Shown: positions 18,276 to 27,994 of the stretch, in pieces
How the letters are laid out: every line of letters starts with the position of its first letter
Numbering within the stretch: position 1 is the first letter of the stretch
NCBI GenBank assembly: GCA_046537975.1
Contig: JBKHJR010000003.1
Location: 6,677-70,676 of the forward strand
Origin: Desulfurivibrionaceae bacterium
Lineage (GTDB): Bacteria > Desulfobacterota > Desulfobulbia > Desulfobulbales > SURF-16
DNA length: 64,000 bases
Reading direction: 5' to 3'
Made by a program: the position numbers and the translations under genes
Notes under the pieces: generated by a model
Databases searched by the model: none
Told to the model about the DNA's origin: nothing
Seen by the model: only the letters and a program-made list of their open reading frames with translations

Positions 18276-21200
18276 ATGGATGATGAAACCCTGCAAATAT
18301 ACGTGGAAGAATCCAAAGAGCATCTGGAAACCATAGAGGCCGATCTGCTGGAGATTGAACGCGGCGGTACTGATATTGATGAAGATCTGGTAAACAAGGT
18401 ATTCAGAGCTGCTCACTCCATTAAAGGCGGCGGCGGATTTCTGGGGCTTGACAACATCAAGGAACTGGCCCATAAGATTGAAAATATCCTGGATCTGATC
18501 CGCAGTTATCAGATGACTCCAACTCCGGAGGTGGTCAACACCCTGCTCACCTCTTTCGACCGGCTCGGTGAACTCCTGGATAATGTTGCCGGCAGCAACG
18601 AGGAAAACATAGAGGCAAACCTCGCCGAACTTAAAGCCCTGACCAGCGGAGAACAAGGAGATAAGGCCGTAGTTGCGGAACAAGAAGGTGAAGTAAAACC
18701 CGCCATTGAGGAGGAAGACAGCTCGGCCGGCCCCTGTTTTACAGTCAGTGAAGATGACATAAGCCAGGCCAGAGCAGGTGGCAAGGAACTTTATATCCTG
18801 GAATATGATCTCAAGGATGATGTCCATCTTCAAAACAAAACGGTACGGGACATCCTCGCCAATCTGGAAGAAGCCGGAGAGGTAATCCGGGTTCAGCCCT
18901 CTCCGGAAGAAATAGGGGATCAGGTAGAACTTGACCCTGAAAGCAAAACTCCCATGTATGTGCTCTTTGCCTCTATCATCGAACCGGATCTGATCGGCTC
19001 TTTGCTGGAGATTTCCGACGACCGGATAACCGTCATTGAACAGGATAAGGAACAAGAGTATCCCGCCCTTAACTTCTCCGCTGAAGCAACCGGATCTGCA
19101 GAACCGGCGCAGGAAGAAGCCCCGTCTTCTGAAAGCAAAGAAGAAAAAAACGCCGACCGGGAGGCTGAAGGTATGGTTCCGGTCCCGGCGGCCAAAGAAG
19201 GAAAAAACAAAAAGGAAGAATCAAAAAAATCTTCGGGAGCCGGCCACGCTGAATCTCTCAGGGTACCGGTCTCGGTACTTGACCAATTAATGAACCGGGC
19301 CGGAGAACTGGTCCTGTCCAGAAACGCCCTGCTTCAGGCCATAAGTACCGGCGGAACGAAAGAGGTAAGCGCCGCCGCCCAACGAGTGGACATGGTTACC
19401 TCTGAACTCCAGGAAGCCATTATGCTCACCCGGATGCAGCCGGTTGCCAATATCTTCAACAAGTACACCAGAGTGGTAAGGGATATGGCCCGGGATCTGG
19501 AAAAAGAGATAGAGATCACCCTGGAAGGGAAAGACGTGGAGCTGGATAAGACCATTATAGAGGGGCTGGGCGATCCCCTGACTCATCTGGTCAGAAACTC
19601 CTGCGATCATGGGATTGAATCCCCCGCTGACAGGAAGAGGAAAGGAAAGCCCGAATGCGGCCAGATCTATCTTCGAGCCTTTCATGAATCCGGCCAGGTC
19701 CTCATAGAGATCGAGGACGACGGCAAGGGGCTTGACCCGGAAAAGCTGGAAGCCAAGGCAATAGAAAAAGGTCTGGTCACTGCAGAACAGGCAGCCGGCA
19801 TGTCCGCCAAAGAAAAGGCCAACCTGATCATGAAGGCTGGTTTTTCTACATCCGAAGAAATAAGTGATGTTTCCGGCCGGGGTGTGGGCATGGATGTAGT
19901 AAAAAGCAACCTGGATAAGATGGGGGGCCAGGTCGAGCTGATTTCCGAGGTCGATAAAGGGACCACGGTTCGCATAAAACTTCCCCTCACCCTGGCCATT
20001 ATTCCCAGCATTCTGGTTTCAAGTGGCGAAGAACGTTTTGCCCTCCCCCAGGTCAATGTAGCGGAACTCCTGCGTATCCCTGCCGCCGAGGTCAGGGACC
20101 AGGTTGAAAAGGTGGGCAGTGCCGATATCCTCTATCTAAGAGGAGAACTGATTCCTCTCCTCCAGCTGGGCAACATCATGAACCTCCGCGCCACCTACTA
20201 TGACCCCAACATCGGGGAATTCAGGCCGGACAGACGGAGCGGTCTGGCTGATCACCGCCTCCTGTCTTCTGAACAACAGGAAGATAAGGCCGGATCCCGG
20301 AGCGGAGAAGAAAGTACACCAGAGGAAAGGAGAAAGAGTGCCAAATCAGATATAAATATCGTGGTTCTTCAGGCAGGGACTTTTCGCTACGGACTGGTGG
20401 TTGACGCGGTTCATGATACCGTGGAAATCGTGGTTAAACCCTTGGGACGTCATCTAAAGAATTCCGAGGTCTATGCCGGTGCCACTATAATGGGAGACGG
20501 TCATGTCGCCCTTATCCTGGACGCCGCCGGCCTGGCCAGAGTCGCAGAGCTGAGAGCGGTGGCGGAAGAGGCCAAATCCAAGAAAACCAGAGAGCAGGAG
20601 GAAACCGGAGAAGGTATGACCCGCCAGACCCTGCTGACCTTTCATAACGGCCCGGACGAATACTGTGCCGTGCCCCTCCATCTGGTTCTCAGAGTGGAAC
20701 AGGTCAAGGCCGATGAAATTGAGTTCCGGGGGGGCAAAAAGGTTATCCGTTATCGGGACGGCTCTCTTCCGGTATATGCCCTGGAGGAGGCTGCCAACGT
20801 TGACAGTCTGGAGGAAAGAGAAGAAATAGCCGTTATCCTTTTCCGGGTCGCCGGCCGGGAAATAGGTATTCTGGCCATACCGCCGCTGGAGATAATAGAA
20901 GAAAACATAATGTTGGACGAAGTAACCCTCAAACAAACCGGGATCAGCGGCTCCGCCGTCATCAGGGACCACACCACACTTATGGTGGATATCTTCAGAT
21001 TGATGGAAGCCTTAAATCCCGAATGGTTCAGCGACCGGCAATCCAAGAGCGACCGACAATTAAAAAATGCTGAGACCGGTTCGGAGGAAGAACAGACCCC
21101 GGGTTCACCACCAGGCAGAAAAATCCTTCTGGCTGAGGATTCCAGCTTTTTCCGGGCCCAGGTCAAGAGCTTCATTGTCTCGGAAGGCTATGAAATAATC

Positions 21201-21482
21201 GAGGCCCCGGACGGTCTGGAAGCCTGGAACTATCTGGAGGAAAACCCCGGGGAAATCGCTCTGGTCGTAACCGATATCGAGATGCCCAACCTGAACGGTT
21301 TTGAACTGACCCGTAATATAAAAAGCGATGAACGCTTCAGCCGGCTGCCGGTCATTGCCCTTACCTCTCTTGCCGGAGAGGAGGACGTGGCCAAGGGTCG
21401 GGAAGTAGGGATTGATGACTATCAGGTGAAACTGGATAAAGAGCAGCTTCTTCAGAAGATTTATGAATATCTCAACAAGTAG
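18276..21482 (+). CDS. cheA: hybrid chemotaxis histidine kinase CheA with C-terminal receiver domain
   Basis: 1068 aa. Hpt (FRAAHSIKGGGGFLG), dimerisation/HATPase (HLVRNSCDHGIE, DDGKGLD, GRGVGMDVV), CheW-like domains and REC (ILLAEDS...VVTDIEMPNLNGFEL). Confidence 0.92.
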   Translation: MDDETLQIYVEESKEHLETIEADLLEIERGGTDIDEDLVNKVFRAAHSIKGGGGFLGLDNIKELAHKIENILDLIRSYQMTPTPEVVNTLLTSFDRLGELLDNVAGSNEENIEANLAELKALTSGEQGDKAVVAEQEGEVKPAIEEEDSSAGPCFTVSEDDISQARAGGKELYILEYDLKDDVHLQNKTVRDILANLEEAGEVIRVQPSPEEIGDQVELDPESKTPMYVLFASIIEPDLIGSLLEISDDRITVIEQDKEQEYPALNFSAEATGSAEPAQEEAPSSESKEEKNADREAEGMVPVPAAKEGKNKKEESKKSSGAGHAESLRVPVSVLDQLMNRAGELVLSRNALLQAISTGGTKEVSAAAQRVDMVTSELQEAIMLTRMQPVANIFNKYTRVVRDMARDLEKEIEITLEGKDVELDKTIIEGLGDPLTHLVRNSCDHGIESPADRKRKGKPECGQIYLRAFHESGQVLIEIEDDGKGLDPEKLEAKAIEKGLVTAEQAAGMSAKEKANLIMKAGFSTSEEISDVSGRGVGMDVVKSNLDKMGGQVELISEVDKGTTVRIKLPLTLAIIPSILVSSGEERFALPQVNVAELLRIPAAEVRDQVEKVGSADILYLRGELIPLLQLGNIMNLRATYYDPNIGEFRPDRRSGLADHRLLSSEQQEDKAGSRSGEESTPEERRKSAKSDINIVVLQAGTFRYGLVVDAVHDTVEIVVKPLGRHLKNSEVYAGATIMGDGHVALILDAAGLARVAELRAVAEEAKSKKTREQEETGEGMTRQTLLTFHNGPDEYCAVPLHLVLRVEQVKADEIEFRGGKKVIRYRDGSLPVYALEEAANVDSLEEREEIAVILFRVAGREIGILAIPPLEIIEENIMLDEVTLKQTGISGSAVIRDHTTLMVDIFRLMEALNPEWFSDRQSKSDRQLKNAETGSEEEQTPGSPPGRKILLAEDSSFFRAQVKSFIVSEGYEIIEAPDGLEAWNYLEENPGEIALVVTDIEMPNLNGFELTRNIKSDERFSRLPVIALTSLAGEEDVAKGREVGIDDYQVKLDKEQLLQKIYEYLNK

Positions 21483-21534
21483 CTCGAAATCCATCCAAAT
21501 CTGCCATTAACCAGAAACGAATACAAGGAACTAC

Positions 21535-23541
21535 ATGAGACTAAATCTATTCCAGAAACTGACAATTGTTTTTCTCGATTTTCTTTCTATCCCGGTGGTA
21601 ATGCTTATAGCCCTCCTGGTTGTTACTGGTATGCAGGAAGACAAAAACCTGGCAATCAACCTGACTGACCGCCAAAGCATGCTGACTCAGAAGCTGACCA
21701 AGGAGGCCATGACTTATCTCCACCAGAAAGAGAACGGTTCGAAAGCAGCTGCCGCCGAGACTGCTGAAGATATGAAAACGACGATGAAAGTCTTCGATGC
21801 CACTCTCGGCGCCCTGCTTAATTCCGGCAAAGCACCCCTGACATTAGATCCTTCCGGCAGACAGGCGGTACTCCCCGGGGCCGAAGGCAAAGCGGAAGAG
21901 CAGCTAAACAAGACCGTAAGCCTCTGGGAACCTTTTAAAAAAAACATAGAGGATATTATAAACGGCAGATCAGCTGAAAAACCCGTAGACTACATCCTGA
22001 AAAACAATCCAGCCCTTTTTTCCAGCACGAACAAGGCAGTGGGATTTTTCCAGCAGCAATACAAAAAAATAACCAGTATCCTTCTTATCATAGAAGTGAT
22101 CTGTTTAGTCTGGGCCCTGGTGGTATTTGCCGCCTTCACCTACCTAATCAGAACCAAGATCACCTCACCTTTTCAGAAAATAGTCTCTTTCAGCGGTGCC
22201 CTGGCCCGGGGCAATCTGAGAGAATCTCTGGATATAAAACAGCAAGACGAGATCGGCGAAGTGGCTGGCTCCCTTAACAGCATGGCTGAAAATCTCAAAC
22301 AGACCTTCAAGGATATCAACAAAAATATGAATCTCCTGGTCGAGGCTAACTCTGAGAGCAATGACCGGCTGTTTGAAGTCAATGAAAGCACCGAGGACAC
22401 AGCTAACCGGGCCGCCGCTGTGGCCTCGGCTGCCGAGCAGATGAGTAACAATATGGATTCAGTGGCTGCAGCCATGGAAGAGACCACTTCCAATGTAAAT
22501 ACCGTGGCCTCGGCAGCTGAAGAGATGAGCACCAATATTTCCGAGATCTCCCAGAATGCCGAAGGAGCCAGCCACAATACCCATGAGGCAGTGGAAAAAG
22601 CCCGCGAGGCCAGTGAAACCATCAACCAGCTCGGTACCGCAGCCGCGGAAATCGGCACGGTAACCGAGACTATTACTGCTATTTCTGACAAGACCAACCT
22701 CCTGGCCTTAAACGCCACCATCGAGGCGGCCCGGGCAGGTGAGGCCGGCAAGGGCTTTGCGGTGGTTGCCAATGAAATAAAGGACCTGGCCCAGCAGACC
22801 GCCGAGGCCACCGACGATATCTCTCAAAAGCTCAAGGCCATCCAGAGCTCCACTAATTCTTCGGTCCAGGGTATTGAAGAGATCTCCTCTTCCATCCAGG
22901 AGGTGGACGATACGGTGAGCTCCATCTCCTACGCCATGGAAGAGCAAAACAAGGCCACCATTGAGATTACCAAAAACATCAACCAGGCCTCCAGCGGCCT
23001 GAACGAAGTAACGGAAAATATCTCCCAGGCTTCCCAGGCCTCCCGCCAAGTAGCCCAGGATATCAGCGGCATCAACGAGGCAGCCGGCTCCATCCAGGAT
23101 GCCAACAAGGAGCTTTCCCGGAAATCAGGCAATCTAACTGAAGTGGCAACTACTGTAACGGAAAAGATCTCCCTATTTACATATCGAAGGCTTCCCTTTT
23201 CTGCCGCCGCTGTCAAGACAGCCCATATCAAATGGAAAAAGAGGCTGGCAGATATGCTGGCCGGCCTGGAGGAAATGGACACTCACAAGCTTCCGGATCA
23301 TAACAACTGCGGTTTCGGCAAGTGGTATAACTCTGAGGGCAGGAAAAACTTCTCCCATCTCTCCGCTTTCAAGGAGATCGAGGCTCCCCATCAGAAAATC
23401 CATGAAACCGGTCTCAAGATCGCCAGGCTATACAGTCAGAATAAAAAAACCGAGGCCAATCAGATGTACATCGACGAGATGGAAAAAGCAGGCAGTCTTG
23501 TCTTTGAAAAGCTTGACCAGCTGGAGAGAGAATGTGAATAA
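21535..23541 (+). CDS. methyl-accepting chemotaxis protein with PilJ-type N-terminal sensor and C-terminal CZB zinc-binding domain
   Basis: 668 aa. N-terminal [16 protein letters not shown] (PilJ/NarX-like P-box), HAMP, MCP signalling hairpin ([31 protein letters not shown]). The C-terminus has HIKW...CGFGKWY...HQKIH. Confidence 0.88.
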   Translation: MRLNLFQKLTIVFLDFLSIPVVMLIALLVVTGMQEDKNLAINLTDRQSMLTQKLTKEAMTYLHQKENGSKAAAAETAEDMKTTMKVFDATLGALLNSGKAPLTLDPSGRQAVLPGAEGKAEEQLNKTVSLWEPFKKNIEDIINGRSAEKPVDYILKNNPALFSSTNKAVGFFQQQYKKITSILLIIEVICLVWALVVFAAFTYLIRTKITSPFQKIVSFSGALARGNLRESLDIKQQDEIGEVAGSLNSMAENLKQTFKDINKNMNLLVEANSESNDRLFEVNESTEDTANRAAAVASAAEQMSNNMDSVAAAMEETTSNVNTVASAAEEMSTNISEISQNAEGASHNTHEAVEKAREASETINQLGTAAAEIGTVTETITAISDKTNLLALNATIEAARAGEAGKGFAVVANEIKDLAQQTAEATDDISQKLKAIQSSTNSSVQGIEEISSSIQEVDDTVSSISYAMEEQNKATIEITKNINQASSGLNEVTENISQASQASRQVAQDISGINEAAGSIQDANKELSRKSGNLTEVATTVTEKISLFTYRRLPFSAAAVKTAHIKWKKRLADMLAGLEEMDTHKLPDHNNCGFGKWYNSEGRKNFSHLSAFKEIEAPHQKIHETGLKIARLYSQNKKTEANQMYIDEMEKAGSLVFEKLDQLERECE

Positions 23542-23600
23542 TAGAGTAAGGAGTTCTGACCGCCGGATCCTGAACTATAAACCCCGAACCCTAAAAAGCC

Positions 23601-24062
23601 ATGGATAAAGATCAGATTACAGATACCCCGGAAAAAGAGGAGTACCTGCAGTTCACCTCATTTTACCTGCACGACACCCTGTGCGGAATTGATATCTCCC
23701 AGGTTCAGGAGATCAACGCCGACCTGGACATAACCAGGGTCCCCCTGGCTCCGGAATACGTAATGGGAATAAAAAACCTCCGGGGCCAGATTGTCACGGT
23801 AATCAACCAGAGTCTGAAAATCGGTTATGCCCCTTCCGAAATAGGTAAAAACAGCAGAATTATAATTGTCAATTCAGATGAAGAATATGTGGGTCTGCTG
23901 GCTGACAGGCTAAACGATGTAATAACCGCCCCCAGAAGTGACATTTCAGCCCCACCCTCCAACATTAAAGGGGCCCAGGGTAATTTTTTTTCCGGTATCC
24001 TCAAAAGCAAAGGCAGGGAGTTGATGGCCATCCTCAACCTTAACGAAGTACTGGCAATTTAG
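23601..24062 (+). CDS. cheW: chemotaxis coupling protein CheW
   Basis: 153 aa, typical CheW-like fold sequence (GIKNLRGQIVTVI...VGLLADRLNDV). Confidence 0.88.
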   Translation: MDKDQITDTPEKEEYLQFTSFYLHDTLCGIDISQVQEINADLDITRVPLAPEYVMGIKNLRGQIVTVINQSLKIGYAPSEIGKNSRIIIVNSDEEYVGLLADRLNDVITAPRSDISAPPSNIKGAQGNFFSGILKSKGRELMAILNLNEVLAI

Positions 24063-24099
24063 AAATTGCTACACCCTGAATCTTAGACCTCTTAATTTC

Positions 24100-25179
24100 A
24101 TGTCCATAAAAGTTATGGTGGTGGATGACACCATCTTTTACAGAAAGATAGTCGGCGATCTCCTGGCGGAAATAGACGGTGTCGAGATGGTGGGTACCGC
24201 CAACAACGGCAAAATCGCCCTTAACAAAATCCGCAGCCTGAAACCGGATCTCCTGACCCTTGATGTAGAAATGCCCATCATGTCTGGTCTGGAACTCATG
24301 GAAGAGATCAACAGACAGGATCTGGACGTGGGCTGCATTATGCTGAGCGCTAAGACCCAGAAGGGCAGCGAAGCCACCATGCGGGCCCTGGAGCTGGGCG
24401 CCTTTGATTTCATCTCCAAACCTGACAACGATTCGGCTGAAGAAAACATCAAGGCCATTAAAACTGAACTGGACAAACTTATAAAAGGCTTTATCCGCCA
24501 CCGCCGGCTCAGGGGTGAGCCTGGAGAAAAGCCCGCCGTACCTAAAAAGCCGGCTGTTACCCCCCGACCGGCAAAACCACTAAAACGTACGGAAAAATCA
24601 CTGGTGGTAGCCCTTGGCATATCCACCGGAGGGCCCAACTCCCTTCTTCAGGTGCTGCCCGAACTCCCCGGCGATATAGGAGTTCCCATTCTTCTGGTCC
24701 AGCATATGCCTCCGATCTTCACCGCCTCTCTTGCCCAGAGCCTGGATCGCAAATGCGCTCTGAAAGTAAAAGAAGCAGAAGACCAGGAAAAGGTTGAAGC
24801 CAATACAGTATATATCGCCCCCGGAGGCAAACAGATGAAAGTTGCGTCAGGGGCCGGCGGCCTGCACAGGATGATCAGGATCACTGACGACCCTCCGGAA
24901 AATAATTGCAGACCCTCAGTAGACTATCTCTTCCGCTCCGTGGCCCGGGAATACGGCTCCAAGGCCACCTGCGTGATTATGACCGGAATGGGGTCGGACG
25001 GCAAGCAGGGTATGTCCGTGGTCAAGGCTGCCGGTTCCGTAGGGATAGCCCAGGATGAGACTTCTTCCGTTGTTTATGGTATGCCCAAGGCTGTAGTTGA
25101 CGCCGGCCTGGTTGATATCGTGGCCTCCCTTGACTCTATGTCCCAGGAAATTAGCAAGACACTGCAATGGCACGAATAA
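24100..25179 (+). CDS. cheB: protein-glutamate methylesterase/glutaminase CheB (REC + methylesterase)
   Basis: 359 aa. REC (VMVVDD...LTLDVEMPIMSGLE) and catalytic domain (GISTGGPNSL, VQHMPPIFT, MTGMGSDG). Confidence 0.92.
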   Translation: MSIKVMVVDDTIFYRKIVGDLLAEIDGVEMVGTANNGKIALNKIRSLKPDLLTLDVEMPIMSGLELMEEINRQDLDVGCIMLSAKTQKGSEATMRALELGAFDFISKPDNDSAEENIKAIKTELDKLIKGFIRHRRLRGEPGEKPAVPKKPAVTPRPAKPLKRTEKSLVVALGISTGGPNSLLQVLPELPGDIGVPILLVQHMPPIFTASLAQSLDRKCALKVKEAEDQEKVEANTVYIAPGGKQMKVASGAGGLHRMIRITDDPPENNCRPSVDYLFRSVAREYGSKATCVIMTGMGSDGKQGMSVVKAAGSVGIAQDETSSVVYGMPKAVVDAGLVDIVASLDSMSQEISKTLQWHE

Positions 25180-26450
25180 CCCCTGATGAAATAAGCCTTT
25201 TCGCCGACTATATCTTTGATATATCCGGAATACACATAGGCAAGGACAAAGGCTATCTTCTGGAGACCAGGCTGGGGCCTCTCCTGGACCTGACCGGCTC
25301 CAGGAGCTTTACCGAACTTTACTATAAGACCAAAAACCAGCCCAGCGGTGATCTGGAAAAAACCCTGATAGATGCCATCTCCACCAACGAGACCTTTTTC
25401 TTCCGGGATAACACTCCATTTGAATTAATGAAAAACAAGATTATTCCGGACCTGATCGACCGGCGCTCCAGGCAGTTCCCCAACGGCCCAATCCCCTTGC
25501 GGATCTGGAGTGCGGCTTGCTCAACCGGCCAGGAGGTATACTCTATTGCCATAACCCTGCTGGAGATGCTTACCAATCTGAACCGCTACGACATCTCCAT
25601 TCTGGGAACCGACATCTCCAACAAGGCCTTGGCCCAGGCGAGCTACGGCCAGTATAATCCTTTCGAAGTGGGACGGGGCATGCCGGAAAATTTATTGAAA
25701 AAATATTTTCACAAAACCGGCTCCAGCTATCGTATAAACGATAATGTGCGGGTGCTCGCCAAATTTAAACAACTCAACCTGATGGAGGATTTCGGCCACA
25801 TAGGCAGATTTGACGTTATATTCTGCCGCAATGTTGCCATTTATTTCAACCAGGCCAATAAAATCGGGCTCTTCAAAAAGCTGGCCCACAACCTGGCTCC
25901 GGACGGAGCCCTGATTGTGGGTGGTTCTGAGACACTGCGCGGTTACAGCCATGATTTCGAGGACAAACAGTATCTAAAAGGGATCTTCTACCAGCTCAAG
26001 GGAGAGGAAAAGGAACAAGCAGCCCGGGACATAAAGGAACCAAGTACCCGGGCCGCAAAATCCGGAAGTCCGGTTCACCCCTCTGCCGAACCCAAGAAGA
26101 AAAAAACTGCTCCCAAGGCCCGGCCTCAGGCCCGGAAAAAAACGGCGAAAACAAAGACGGATTCTGCCGCCGCCGAAAAACAGCCGGAATCACCTCCAAA
26201 CCGGAAGGTCAAGCCGGACCGGCCTACTCCGGTCCAAGAAAAAACAGAGAAGCCGGAGAGTATCAAGAGGTCCAAAATGCTCTCTGACTCCATCAAAAAT
26301 GGCCGTAATTCAGGGAAAAAGCCCTCTCTTCTGGCCACCAGAGTTATGAAAAAAAGTTCCGGAAACTCTCTGCTGGCTGAAGGAAAAAACAAAAAACAGG
26401 GTAAGAAAGGATCCCTGCTGGACAAAATCAATTTCAGGAAAAAGAAATAA
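25167..26450 (+). CDS. cheR: chemotaxis protein methyltransferase CheR with ~150-aa Lys/Pro-rich C-terminal tail
   Basis: 427 aa. CheR N-domain (TNETFFFRD) and SAM-binding domain (RIWSAACSTGQEVYSIA, FCRNVAIYF). A low-complexity basic tail starts at about residue 275. Confidence 0.9.
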   Translation: MARITPDEISLFADYIFDISGIHIGKDKGYLLETRLGPLLDLTGSRSFTELYYKTKNQPSGDLEKTLIDAISTNETFFFRDNTPFELMKNKIIPDLIDRRSRQFPNGPIPLRIWSAACSTGQEVYSIAITLLEMLTNLNRYDISILGTDISNKALAQASYGQYNPFEVGRGMPENLLKKYFHKTGSSYRINDNVRVLAKFKQLNLMEDFGHIGRFDVIFCRNVAIYFNQANKIGLFKKLAHNLAPDGALIVGGSETLRGYSHDFEDKQYLKGIFYQLKGEEKEQAARDIKEPSTRAAKSGSPVHPSAEPKKKKTAPKARPQARKKTAKTKTDSAAAEKQPESPPNRKVKPDRPTPVQEKTEKPESIKRSKMLSDSIKNGRNSGKKPSLLATRVMKKSSGNSLLAEGKNKKQGKKGSLLDKINFRKKK

Positions 26451-26474
26451 AGTCAGCCCCTACTGCCAAATATT

Positions 26475-27239
26475 ATGAAATATCATCAACCAAGCACCAT
26501 GGCCCGTCTTTTTCTGATCCTGACTGTCAGCCTGGCTATTTCCGGCTGTAGCGCCCCCGGACTGGATCTCTCCCTGAAAGACTCTTCTTTCACCGGGGAA
26601 AAAGCTCCGGCCCAAGAGGCCATGGCCGTTTCTATCGGGGTTGAAACTTTTATCGACCTGCGCCCCCAGATCCGGGGCAGTGATAATCAGAAGTGGCTCG
26701 GTTATATTCCGGGAGTTCTCTGGGTTGATATCGCCTCCGAGATTCCGGAAATCTACACCGCCTATTCACCCTATAACTCAAGACCGATGAAGGACACCAT
26801 CACCGAGGCTGTCACCGCCGGCCTCAGAGAAGCCGGTGCATTCGGTCAGGTCAGTTATCTGCCCCGGGATCCCTATAAGGAACCGGATTACCATCTGGAA
26901 GGAATTCTGCAGAAATCCTATGTAAAAGAAAGGGGCTACTACTACGGTTCCTCAATCTATGCCTGGCTGCTGAGGATACTGGGGCTGCCCTACGTTTCTT
27001 ATGAGGTGGTCCTGGAAACCGACCTGCGCCTGCGGGACATGGCTACCCGGGACATCATCTGGCAGGGAAAAATCAAAGGCCGGAGGACAGACAGGTATAA
27101 CAATGTCTATCAAATAACTCAGGGCAGAAACGGCAAACATCTCATCGCCTATAACTTCACCCTTATACTCCAGGACCAGCTGCCCGGCCTTATTAAGGAC
27201 ATGGTTAGGGCTCTTGAAAAGTCCAGAAATAAGAAGTAA
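26475..27239 (+). CDS. hypothetical lipoprotein
   Basis: 254 aa. Signal peptide plus lipobox (LAISGCS). No family recognised. Confidence 0.55.
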   Translation: MKYHQPSTMARLFLILTVSLAISGCSAPGLDLSLKDSSFTGEKAPAQEAMAVSIGVETFIDLRPQIRGSDNQKWLGYIPGVLWVDIASEIPEIYTAYSPYNSRPMKDTITEAVTAGLREAGAFGQVSYLPRDPYKEPDYHLEGILQKSYVKERGYYYGSSIYAWLLRILGLPYVSYEVVLETDLRLRDMATRDIIWQGKIKGRRTDRYNNVYQITQGRNGKHLIAYNFTLILQDQLPGLIKDMVRALEKSRNKK

Positions 27240-27248
27240 AAAAAGGAA

Positions 27249-27794
27249 ATGCACCCTGGATACAAATACCTGACACAGGATCAGCCTTCTCCTGAAATCA
27301 TGGCTATACTGGGCAAAATGCCAGACCGGTGGGGGCGTATGGATCAGATCAGCCGGCTTGTACTGGTGGAAGTGGGCCGGACCCTGAAAGAATACGGCCT
27401 GCTGGACAGTAATAGCAGATCCCTGCCCCCCTCCCAAACAGTGGGCCTGGTGGCAGGGACCCGTCGGGGATCCCTCACTACAGACCTTGCCTACTGCGCT
27501 TCCCTGCAAAAAGGGATAAATCATGCCAGCCCCGCCCTCTTCAGCTACACCCTGGCCAATATCTCCCTGGCCGAAGCCGCGGTCCATTACAGTCTGACCG
27601 GCCCGGTTTACGCCCTTTTCAGCAAACAGCCGTACGAAGACGCCCTGCAGGAAGCAAAGCGCTGGCTCAATACCGTTAATTATCCTTTGCAGATAGTTGC
27701 CGGTCAAGTGGATGTTTTCCCGGACATAACATCCCCGCTTTTATCTCATAAGATGGAAGAATACCAAACAGGGGCCAGATTTGTAGTGCTATAA
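27249..27794 (+). CDS. truncated ketosynthase-like protein (KS N-terminal half only; Gln at the active-site Cys position)
   Basis: 181 aa. Aligns by eye with ORF 34521-35273 and with the KS active-site region: GPVYALFSKQ versus GPAAVITNAC (KS 33283) and GPAYTLTNYC (34521). No His-His half. Confidence 0.6.
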   Translation: MHPGYKYLTQDQPSPEIMAILGKMPDRWGRMDQISRLVLVEVGRTLKEYGLLDSNSRSLPPSQTVGLVAGTRRGSLTTDLAYCASLQKGINHASPALFSYTLANISLAEAAVHYSLTGPVYALFSKQPYEDALQEAKRWLNTVNYPLQIVAGQVDVFPDITSPLLSHKMEEYQTGARFVVL

Positions 27795-27877
27795 ATTTTC
27801 AGCGGTTGCCCCCACCTTCCGGAAAGATATTGCATTTCTGATCTGAGGGTATAATATTTCCGGTATAATTCAGGATC

Positions 27878-27925
27878 CCGGAATTTCAGACTACCCGATC
27901 CCGACAAGTTGACTAAAAAAGGGTC
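27878..27925 (-). repeat. dispersed intergenic repeat family, truncated copy D
   Basis: CCGGAATTTCAGACTACCCGATCCCGACAAGTTGACTAAAAAAGGG matches the left end of copy C (CCGGAATAATTTCAGACCACCTGAGCCCGACAAGTTGACCAAACAAAAGGG). The rest has diverged. Confidence 0.6.
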
Positions 27926-27994
27926 AACGATCCTCTCATTTTGTGAAGAAATGAACTCCACTAACAAAGTCTAACATTCAAATTTTTAAAATTT

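Noticed and set aside
18231-19055. 274-aa minus-strand ORF
   Set aside because: It is antisense to the 5' part of cheA, whose Hpt domain is unambiguous on the plus strand. No recognisable features.
27795-27994. Looked for a cobalamin riboswitch upstream of the B12-radical SAM genes
   Set aside because: No B12-box-like sequence or conserved riboswitch helices were recognisable by eye. The spacer is mostly occupied by truncated repeat copy D. An Infernal scan would be needed for certainty.
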